Notes under the pieces: model-generated
Told to the model about the DNA's origin: nothing
What the model saw: only the letters and a program-made list of their open reading frames with translations
Databases searched by the model: none
Assembly: GCA_963662545.2 (NCBI GenBank)
Contig: CAXXLL010000003.1
Coordinates: forward strand, 1,632,001 to 1,696,000
DNA length: 64,000 nt
Direction of reading: 5' to 3'
From: Gammaproteobacteria bacterium
GTDB taxonomy: Bacteria > Pseudomonadota > Gammaproteobacteria > Ga0077536
Made by a program: the position numbers and the translations under genes
Part shown: positions 10,189 to 17,736 of the stretch, piece by piece
Position numbering within the stretch: position 1 is the stretch's first letter
How the letters are laid out: each line of letters starts with the position of its first letter

Positions 10189-10864
10189 GGCGGGCTCCGT
10201 AATCCTCGAACCTTTTCAGCGCTTCGTTCATTTCCTCTTCGCTCAGTATAGCGGGCTCGCCGATCATCACCGCCAAAACGTACTGCTTCGCCAGTTCCTC
10301 GACTTCAACGGCAAGATCCACCGCTTCTTGTAAGGTGTTGCCGAGTGCGATCATGCCGTGGTTCGCCAATAAGCACGCCCGCCGGCCCTCGAGCGCCTCG
10401 AGTGCCCGGTCGGAAAGTTGCTGCGTGCCGAATGTCGCATAGGGCGCGCAGCGTATGGAATCACCCCCCGCGACCGCAATCATGTAATGAAAAGCGGGGA
10501 TATCCTGCCGATGGCAGGCCAATGCCGTGGCGTGCGCCGAATGCACGTGCACGATCGCGCCAACGTCGTCTCGCACTGCAAGGATATCCCTGTGAAATCG
10601 CCATTCGCTGGATGGTCTGGCGTCATCATCGAAGACCTCGGAACGGTCACGCATGTATACGATACTCTCCGGGGTAAGCTCTCCGGGCTTGACGCCGCTC
10701 GGCGTGATCAAATATCCCGAGGCAGCACGTACGCTCACGTTGCCTGCCGTGCCACAGTTCAGACCCTGCCGCTCGAGACGGCGCATGGCTTCGCAGACGG
10801 CTTCACGGGAAACTCCGAGTGTACGCGTGGACTCGAACCCCTGAGATCCGTTCCCCATATTCAA
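10175..10864 (-). CDS. Class II aldolase/adducin family protein (FucA/Ald2-like)
   Basis: GTAGNVS, ITPSG, PSSEWRFH, VHVHS, HYMIAVAGG, LANHG. Confidence 0.9.
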   Translation of the reverse strand: MNMGNGSQGFESTRTLGVSREAVCEAMRRLERQGLNCGTAGNVSVRAASGYLITPSGVKPGELTPESIVYMRDRSEVFDDDARPSSEWRFHRDILAVRDDVGAIVHVHSAHATALACHRQDIPAFHYMIAVAGGDSIRCAPYATFGTQQLSDRALEALEGRRACLLANHGMIALGNTLQEAVDLAVEVEELAKQYVLAVMIGEPAILSEEEMNEALKRFEDYGARRGES

Positions 10865-12375
10865 TGTAGAAAAAGGCGGTAGGCCGGGTTCGTCGTTTCG
10901 TCTTCGAACGGCATGTCGAGTTCTTTGATCACTGTCTCGAATTCTTCACTTTGCGCCGGCGGAACCTGGATTCCCATTAATACCCGACCGTAAGCAGCGC
11001 CATGATTGCGGTAATGGAACAGGCTGATGTTCCAGCGTTCGCCGATATGTGTGAGAAATCGAAGCAAGGCCCCGGGACGCTCCGGGAATTCAAAACGCAA
11101 CAACCGTTCGTGCTCGACACCGCCACCATGTCCCCCGACCATGAACCGCACGTGAATTTTCGCGACGTCGTCATTGGTCATGTCGATGACCTCGTATCCG
11201 CGCGAACGTAGATTCGAAATGAGTAGACGGCGTTCACTCTCACGATTTTTGATTTTAATACCGGCGAATACCGTAGCCTGCTTCGCGTCCGCGTATCGAT
11301 AATTGAATTCCGTGATGAGGCGCGGGCCCAATGCATGGCAGAATTCGCGAAAGCTGCCGGGCCGCTCGGGAATGACCACGCCGATGAGAACTTCGCGCTG
11401 CTCGCCCAGTTCAGCTAATTCAGCGATGTGCCGCAGGCGGTCGAAATTAACATTTGCGCCACTCAAAATGGCGATGTATTCGGCATTCGAGACGCCTTCA
11501 CGGGCAACGTACTGTTTGACACCCGCCAGGGAAAGCGCTCCCGCCGGTTCGGCGATCGAGCGCGTATCTTCGAAAATATCCTTAACCGCGGCGCAGATTT
11601 CGTCGATCGAAACGGTCAACATTTCGTCAACGCACTGTTTGGCTATTTTAAACGTCTCTTCTCCGACCTGACGCACGGCGGCGCCATCGGCAAAAATACC
11701 GACGCGTTCGAGCGTCACGCGCTCGCCGGCTTCGAGTGCGCGCTTCATGCTAGGCGCTTCATCGGGTTCGACGCCAATGATACGGATTTCGGGGGCCAAG
11801 GCCTTGACATAAACTGCGATGCCCGCGATCAATCCACCACCACCCACCGGGACGAATATTGCGTCGATGGGCTTGCTGTGCTGCCGCAGAATCTCCATTG
11901 CGACGGTTCCCTGGCCGGCGATGACCAAGGGGTGATCGTAGGGCGGCACGTAGGACAGCCCGCGTTCTGCTTCAAGTTTATGCGCGTGCTCGCTGGCCTC
12001 ATCGTAAGTATTACCGTGAAGGACGATTTCGGCTCCCAGACGTCGGACAGACTCGATTTTGATTTCGGGCGTCGTTTTAGGCATGACGATCGTCGCCGCG
12101 GTATCGAGTTTGCGTGCGGCAAGAGCCACGCCTTGGGCATGATTCCCGGCCGACGCCGTGATTACTCCACTGCCCAACTCCTCGTTCGACAAGGAAGCCA
12201 TCAGATTGTAGGCCCCTCGAATCTTATAGGAGAACACCGACTGCATGTCTTCGCGTTTGAGCCACACCTGGTTGCCGATCCGGCGAGAGATGGCCGGCGC
12301 GATTTCGAGCGGGGTTTCCCGGGCGACATCGTAGACCGGGGCTTTCAGAATCATCTTTACGTAACTGTCCAGCAT
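10861..12375 (-). CDS. ilvA: Threonine ammonia-lyase, biosynthetic
   Basis: KREDMQSVFSYKIRGA, ASAGNHAQG, two C-terminal regulatory domains (PERPG, FHYRNHG). Confidence 0.96.
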   Translation of the reverse strand: MLDSYVKMILKAPVYDVARETPLEIAPAISRRIGNQVWLKREDMQSVFSYKIRGAYNLMASLSNEELGSGVITASAGNHAQGVALAARKLDTAATIVMPKTTPEIKIESVRRLGAEIVLHGNTYDEASEHAHKLEAERGLSYVPPYDHPLVIAGQGTVAMEILRQHSKPIDAIFVPVGGGGLIAGIAVYVKALAPEIRIIGVEPDEAPSMKRALEAGERVTLERVGIFADGAAVRQVGEETFKIAKQCVDEMLTVSIDEICAAVKDIFEDTRSIAEPAGALSLAGVKQYVAREGVSNAEYIAILSGANVNFDRLRHIAELAELGEQREVLIGVVIPERPGSFREFCHALGPRLITEFNYRYADAKQATVFAGIKIKNRESERRLLISNLRSRGYEVIDMTNDDVAKIHVRFMVGGHGGGVEHERLLRFEFPERPGALLRFLTHIGERWNISLFHYRNHGAAYGRVLMGIQVPPAQSEEFETVIKELDMPFEDETTNPAYRLFLH

Positions 12376-12412
12376 GTTAATACGATAACATCTAGCACCT
12401 CGCCGGACTCAG

Positions 12413-12574
12413 GGAACCCCTGAATAAATCATGGCCCATCTGCCTTGCCCATGAAATCGCGGAGCCTTAACCGACGAACCTTGCCCGTAGTCCCCGCTAT
12501 GGCCTGCGCTTCGTGCCTTGCTCTGCACCATGGCATGAACCATTCAGACGCTCCATGATTTATTCAGTGGTTCC
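12413..12574. mobile_element. MITE family A, copy 2 (162 bp) between divergent ilvA and rpiA
   Basis: GGAACCCCTGAATAAATCATGG...CCATGATTTATTCAGTGGTTCC, flanked by TCAG and TTAG. Confidence 0.85.
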
Positions 12575-12686
12575 TTAGGGTGAATCTATTACGGCGTTAG
12601 GAAAGTTGGGATTCCCCAGGTCCCGCAGCCTGCTGGGGCTGATCTAACAATCGATGGAGCCCGATATTTACGCGGATTGAACCGAT

Positions 12687-13346
12687 ATGAACTCCCAAGA
12701 CGAGAAAAAACGCGCTGCCGCACGCGCCGCCATCGAATTCGTTGAAGACGATTCCATTATTGGCGTCGGTACGGGCAGCACGACAAATTATTTCATTGAC
12801 GAACTCGCCGGATTGAAGGCGCGCCTCGACGGTGCCGTCGCAAGTTCACAAGCGAGCGCCGAACGCCTCCGCCAATTCGGTATCCCCCTTCTAGATCTCA
12901 ATGCGGCCGGTGAGTTGTCCGTCTATGTGGATGGTGCAGATGAAGCTACGCGGCACCTCCATTTGATCAAGGGCGGAGGTGGCGCCCTCACCCGCGAAAA
13001 AATCGTGGCCCAGGCAAGCCGCCGCTTCGTTTGCATCATTGATGACACGAAGCTGGTTGATCGCCTGGGTGAATTCCCGCTCCCGATTGAGGTCATTCCG
13101 ATGGCGCGCAGTTTCGTGGCACGTGAACTCGTAAAGCTGGGTGGCTCGCCAGAATGGCGCGCGGATTTCGTCACGGACAACGGTAATTACATTCTTGACG
13201 TCTATAACCTGCGCATCATCGAACCCGTGCGCCTTGAAGAAGACCTGAATCAGATTCCGGGTATCGTGGCCAATGGATTGTTCGCTCGCAGACCGGCCGA
13301 CATCGTGCTGATCGGGACCGCAGACGGCGTTACCCGTATCGAATAA
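12687..13346 (+). CDS. rpiA: Ribose-5-phosphate isomerase A
   Basis: [25 protein letters not shown]. Confidence 0.97.
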   Translation: MNSQDEKKRAAARAAIEFVEDDSIIGVGTGSTTNYFIDELAGLKARLDGAVASSQASAERLRQFGIPLLDLNAAGELSVYVDGADEATRHLHLIKGGGGALTREKIVAQASRRFVCIIDDTKLVDRLGEFPLPIEVIPMARSFVARELVKLGGSPEWRADFVTDNGNYILDVYNLRIIEPVRLEEDLNQIPGIVANGLFARRPADIVLIGTADGVTRIE

Positions 13347-13382
13347 AAATGATCTAAGTGATTCGGCGTATTGTCGCTAATC

Positions 13383-14192
13383 TTATGGTTTTTCGGCCGC
13401 TGAGGTTTCATCCATATCGTCTTCGTCCTTGTCGGCGGGAATTACATTTCGGCAAAGGAAGAGGCCGAGTTCGAACAGCAGCCATATCGGAACTGCCAGC
13501 AGGATCTGTGATATGACGTCAGGCGGCGTCAAAAGCATTCCGAGCGCGAACGCCCCGACGATAACGTAGGGTCGCTTTTGACCCAGTGATTCCACCGTTG
13601 AAATTCCGGTGCGTACGATCAGAAAAGTTGCAACCGGCACTTCGAAAGCGATCCCGAAAGCGAAAAACAGCTTCAGGACGAAATCCAAATACCTGCTGAT
13701 ATCCGTCATGATGGTCACGCCTTCCGGCGCGGCGGATGTAAAGAATCCGAATACGAGAGGGAAAACGACGAAGTAGCAGAAAACGATACCCAAATAAAAC
13801 AGTAAGGTGCTTGAAATCAGCAGCGGCATCGCCAGGTGTTTTTCCTTCAAATACAGGCCCGGCGCAACGAACGCCCATGCCTGATAGAAAATGAAGGGGG
13901 CGGAAATGAAAACTGCGACGAATAACGCCAGCTTGAACGGGGCGAAGAACGGTGACGCGACTTCCGTTGCGATCATGGAAGAACTTCCAGGCAGGTAAAC
14001 CAGCAACGGTTCCGCGAGCCACAGAAAAAGCTGATTGGCCAGCGGCATCAGGCACAACAACACGATGAATACACAAGCCAAGGCTCGAAGGATCCGATTC
14101 CGCAATTCAAACAGATGCGATACGAAGCTCTGCTGCTTCTGGTCTAGACCGTCGTCCTCTTCCGATTGGTTTTGCGATTCTTTGGAGGGCAT
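13383..14192 (-). CDS. tatC: Twin-arginine translocase TatC
   Basis: SHLFELRNR, FVAPGLY, FEVPV, TPPDVISQ. Confidence 0.96.
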   Translation of the reverse strand: MPSKESQNQSEEDDGLDQKQQSFVSHLFELRNRILRALACVFIVLLCLMPLANQLFLWLAEPLLVYLPGSSSMIATEVASPFFAPFKLALFVAVFISAPFIFYQAWAFVAPGLYLKEKHLAMPLLISSTLLFYLGIVFCYFVVFPLVFGFFTSAAPEGVTIMTDISRYLDFVLKLFFAFGIAFEVPVATFLIVRTGISTVESLGQKRPYVIVGAFALGMLLTPPDVISQILLAVPIWLLFELGLFLCRNVIPADKDEDDMDETSAAEKP

Positions 14193-14240
14193 TTCGAAAT
14201 TCGCGCGACTGAAGGCGTCGCGATCCGGCCCGATCGGGGA

Positions 14241-14534
14241 TCAGACCTTGTCTTCTGACTTCTGAGGCGTCGAGTCGGTGGCGGAAATTTTATCCAGGCC
14301 TTTCACCAGGCCTTTCAGGCGTTTGTCTTCAGCAAGGAATTCCCGACTCACGTCTTTGATATCCAGGGCGATAGCTTCACGCTCGAGTTCACTGCGCACT
14401 TCGCGCGCGAGGCGCTGTCCGCGCCCCACCCATTTTCCAGCGGTTCGAATCATGCCCGGCAGGCGCTCGGGGCCGACGAACAGAAGCGCAACGATGGCAA
14501 TTATGCCGATTTCCCAAAATCCGATATCGAACAT
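14241..14534 (-). CDS. tatB: Twin-arginine translocase TatB
   Basis: MFDIGFWE...GPERLP. Confidence 0.93.
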   Translation of the reverse strand: MFDIGFWEIGIIAIVALLFVGPERLPGMIRTAGKWVGRGQRLAREVRSELEREAIALDIKDVSREFLAEDKRLKGLVKGLDKISATDSTPQKSEDKV

Positions 14535-14546
14535 GGAAATTCGTCG

Positions 14547-14807
14547 TTAAACTTCTTCTTTCTCTGCGTGGGCTTCGCCATCGACGACGCGGTTTGTATC
14601 CTCCGCGGCGTGGGCCTCACCTTCGATGACGCGTTTCGTATCCTCCGCAGCAATTTCCTCGTCCTCAACCGGCTCCTCTCTCATGGCTTTGCGAAAATCC
14701 GCTATCCAACCGCCGACGTCCGAACCGACGCCTTTGATTTTTTTGGTGCCAAAAATCAGCATGACGATGATAAGTATGACTACGAGTTCTTTAATACCGA
14801 ATGACAT
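14547..14807 (-). CDS. tatA: Twin-arginine translocase TatA
   Basis: TM helix followed by FGTKK and an amphipathic helix; upstream of tatB. Confidence 0.9.
   Translation of the reverse strand: MSFGIKELVVILIIVMLIFGTKKIKGVGSDVGGWIADFRKAMREEPVEDEEIAAEDTKRVIEGEAHAAEDTNRVVDGEAHAEKEEV
14566..14649. repeat. 42-bp tandem duplication in the tatA 3' end
   Basis: Encodes AEDTKRVIEGEAHA / AEDTNRVVDGEAHA. Confidence 0.85.
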
Positions 14808-14846
14808 CTGTTGCCTCCGATGCGATAAGCAGTACGGTAATTGCGG

Positions 14847-15173
14847 CTATGACGGCTTACTACTGCGTGACGCTTTTTCCGCCAGACCCGAAACCCCGAA
14901 CCGCCTTTCAAGTTCATTGAGCACTTCGTCCAGCTCTATGTCCATGAATTTTAGCAAAATCATGGAATGAAACCATAAATCCGCGGTTTCGTACACAATT
15001 TGTTTCCGATCCCCTGATTTTCCGGCGATTATCGTCTCACTGGCTTCTTCATCGATCTTGCTCAAAATTCGATCGATACCGTCCTTAAACAAGCCCGCGA
15101 CATACGATTCGTCGGGTGACGCGCTACGACGCGCATCGATTACATCCCCAAGACGCTGCAAAATGTCGCTCAC
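14847..15173 (-). CDS. hisE: Phosphoribosyl-ATP pyrophosphatase
   Basis: [30 protein letters not shown]. Confidence 0.94.
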   Translation of the reverse strand: MSDILQRLGDVIDARRSASPDESYVAGLFKDGIDRILSKIDEEASETIIAGKSGDRKQIVYETADLWFHSMILLKFMDIELDEVLNELERRFGVSGLAEKASRSSKPS

Positions 15174-15580
15174 CTATGATCCCTCGATTTCGACCGGCTG
15201 TTATCGTAAATGTCCTCCGGTTTGCGCAGGACCGGATCCGTCTCTTTCCAGTGGCCGTCGTCGAATATGCGGTAAAAGCATCGTTCGTGCCCCGTATGAC
15301 AGGCGATGCCGCCGACCTGCTCGACCACCAGTAGTATTGCATCCGCGTCGCAATCGATCCTGATTTCCCGAATGAGCTGGATGTGACCCGACTCTTCTCC
15401 TTTGCGCCAGAGTTTGCCCCTTGATCGAGACCAATAGACCGCGCGGCCCTCCTGTATGCTCGCTTCCAGCGCCTTTTGGTTCAACCAGGCCAAAGTCAGG
15501 ACGCGCCCGCTGGCCACATCCTGGGCGATCACGGGAACAAGCCCCTGCTCATTCCAGATAATTTCGTCTTGCCAACTCAC
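15170..15580 (-). CDS. hisI: Phosphoribosyl-AMP cyclohydrolase
   Basis: [25 protein letters not shown]; GTG at 15580 overlaps the hisF stop. Confidence 0.94.
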   Translation of the reverse strand: MSWQDEIIWNEQGLVPVIAQDVASGRVLTLAWLNQKALEASIQEGRAVYWSRSRGKLWRKGEESGHIQLIREIRIDCDADAILLVVEQVGGIACHTGHERCFYRIFDDGHWKETDPVLRKPEDIYDNSRSKSRDHR

Positions 15581-16344
15581 AATCTCACCTCGATCCCGGC
15601 GGCCTGCATGCATCTCTTGGCTTCATCGACGCTGTGCTCGCCGAAATGAAAAATACTTGCGGCGAGTACGGCGTCGGCATGGCCGAGCCGAATACCGTCG
15701 ACGAGATGATCCAGCGAGCCGACCCCGCCCGAGGCAATGACGGGAATCGAAACGGCATCGGCGACGGCCTTCGTCAGTTTAACGTCATAACCGAGGCGGG
15801 TACCGTCTCTGTCCATGCTCGTCAGCAGTATCTCGCCAGCGCCTGCCTCCGCCATCTGTTGTGCCCACTCCACCGCGTCGATTCCCGTTGGATTGCGGCC
15901 ACCATGAGTGTAAACCTCCCAACACTCGTTCGCATTCGTCACCGCCCGTGCGTCGATCGCAACGACGATGCATTGCGATCCAAACCTCGATGACGCATCG
16001 CGCACGAGACTCGGATTCTGTACGGCCGCCGTATTGATGCCCACTTTGTCGGCACCGGCTTTAAGCATACGCCGGACATCGTCTACGCTTCGAATCCCGC
16101 CGCCTACGGTGAGCGGAATGAAGACCTCCGCTGCCACGGCTTCGACTACGTGTACGATGGTGTCGCGCTCGTCACTGCTCGCTGTGATATCCAGAAAAGT
16201 GATTTCGTCGGCGCCCTGTTCGTCGTAACGCCGTGCGACTTCGATTGGATCGCCGGCATCACGAATATCGACGAACCGAACGCCCTTGACGACCCGCCCA
16301 GCGTCGACATCGAGACACGGAATAACGCGTTTGGCGAGGCCCAT
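15577..16344 (-). CDS. hisF: Imidazole glycerol phosphate synthase cyclase subunit
   Basis: [31 protein letters not shown]. Confidence 0.97.
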   Translation of the reverse strand: MGLAKRVIPCLDVDAGRVVKGVRFVDIRDAGDPIEVARRYDEQGADEITFLDITASSDERDTIVHVVEAVAAEVFIPLTVGGGIRSVDDVRRMLKAGADKVGINTAAVQNPSLVRDASSRFGSQCIVVAIDARAVTNANECWEVYTHGGRNPTGIDAVEWAQQMAEAGAGEILLTSMDRDGTRLGYDVKLTKAVADAVSIPVIASGGVGSLDHLVDGIRLGHADAVLAASIFHFGEHSVDEAKRCMQAAGIEVRL

Positions 16345-17093
16345 CAGGGTGCGGAATTGCCGCAGAGTTCGTCGGCCAGAATTTGAGCCTCCGAGAACTC
16401 GAGTGTGCCTTCGTAAATGGCCCGCCCCGTGATTGCTCCATCAATGCCTTCCGCATGCACGTCGCATAAGGCACGGATATCGTCGAGATTCGCCACACCG
16501 CCCGAAGCGATGACCGGTACATTCAGATTTCGTGCGAAATTGACCGTTGCTTCGACATTCAGGCCAGACATCATACCGTCTCGCCCGATGTCGGTGAAAA
16601 CTATCGCGGCCACGCCGTCTGTTTCGAAATGCTGCGCCAGATCCACTGCATCGTGACGGGATAATTTCGACCAGCCGTCGATTGCCACTTTTCCTTCGCG
16701 GACATCGAGGCCGACGATGATATGTCCCGGGAATTCTATACAAACGTCCGAGACGAAGTGTGGCGCAGTTACGGCTTTCGTTCCAAGAATCACGAACCGA
16801 ACGCCTGCGTCCAGGTATTCCTGGATCGTGTCCTCGTCGCGAATGCCCCCCCCCACTTGAATCGGGACATCGGGGCATGAGTCCGCAATTTCGTGGATGA
16901 TGACCGAGTTGACCGGCTTCCCGTCCGATGCACCATCCAAATCGACGATGTGCAGCCTTCTCGCGCCGGCATCGACCCAGCGACGCGCGACAGACACTGG
17001 GTCATCTGAATATACCGTGACTTGCGACATGTCGCCTTGCTTCAAACGGACGCATTTTCCGTCTTTTAGATCGATAGCGGGAATTAAAAGCAT
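16344..17093 (-). CDS. hisA: ProFAR isomerase
   Basis: [37 protein letters not shown]. Confidence 0.97.
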   Translation of the reverse strand: MLLIPAIDLKDGKCVRLKQGDMSQVTVYSDDPVSVARRWVDAGARRLHIVDLDGASDGKPVNSVIIHEIADSCPDVPIQVGGGIRDEDTIQEYLDAGVRFVILGTKAVTAPHFVSDVCIEFPGHIIVGLDVREGKVAIDGWSKLSRHDAVDLAQHFETDGVAAIVFTDIGRDGMMSGLNVEATVNFARNLNVPVIASGGVANLDDIRALCDVHAEGIDGAITGRAIYEGTLEFSEAQILADELCGNSAP

Positions 17094-17144
17094 CGAACTA
17101 CAGATGATCGATGGACAGGCGGGCGGCGGGGATCTACCGGTTGC

Positions 17145-17163
17145 TTAGAGTAGATGACTCTAA
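17145..17163. promoter_or_regulatory. Perfect 7-5-7 palindrome in the AT-rich region upstream of hisA (possible operator)
   Basis: TTAGAGT-AGATG-ACTCTAA about 50 bp upstream of the hisA start; function not demonstrated. Confidence 0.3.
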
Positions 17164-17284
17164 AAGTAATTATTGATGTGTCTGATTAATGGTAGCACAA
17201 GGTTCATTGAATATCGTCTTGAGGTCCGCGACAGATCGCTGCCAGGCTTTTGAAACACGATAGGATCTCGTTTTCAACATCCTT

Positions 17285-17736
17285 CTAGTGTGCTATCCCA
17301 TAATAAACTGCAATAAGTCACGCAGGCCTCATTTTGCGATACAAGGCGCGAGGAGGCGTCGTATCGGAACAAATTCGTCGGGAACACAATTCTGTCGGGA
17401 ACAGTATTGGACGCGCCCAGTGCGCCCGCAGGGTGAGCGCCATGGATGGCGCGAATCCAATTTGGACCGCCGCAGGCGGGCCCGAAGGGCGGATGCCATG
17501 GACGGTATCCGCACAAATTCGTCGGGAACACAATTCTGTCAGGAGCAGAATTGGACGCGCGTAGCGCGCCCGCACGATGAGCGCCGGGAATGGTGCGAAT
17601 TAAAGTTGGATCCCCGCAGGCCGGCGCGAAGGGCGGATGCCATGGAAGGCATCCGTAATACGACCAGAGTCGCAACGCCGTAGCGCGGCACGAGGATCGG
17701 CGAATGATGAAGGATTGTTGCGGAATAGCGCACTAG
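17285..17736. mobile_element. Composite MITE (family C) with nested tandem repeat
   Basis: Left end CTAGTGTGCTATCCCATAA; right end reads CTAGTGCGCTATTCCGCAA on the reverse strand; the right CTAG contains the polA stop. Confidence 0.7.
17369..17656 (+). repeat. Two 144-bp tandem units made of short REP-like hairpins
   Basis: ACAAATTCGTCGGGAACACAATTCTGTC at 17369 and 17513; both units end GAAGGGCGGATGCCATGGANGGYATCCG. Confidence 0.88.

Noticed and set aside
11428-12423. Long antisense ORFs (also 19359-20300, 37737-38636, 39267-40187, 44009-44857, 52362-53168)
   Set aside because: Shadow ORFs opposite well-supported genes, as expected in GC-rich coding DNA.
16846-16854. C9 homopolymer in hisA as a phase-variation tract
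   Set aside because: It encodes the conserved VGGGIR motif in frame in a housekeeping gene.
17369-17656. Possible CRISPR array
   Set aside because: Only two long units whose inter-repeat parts are also homologous; no unique spacers and no cas genes.
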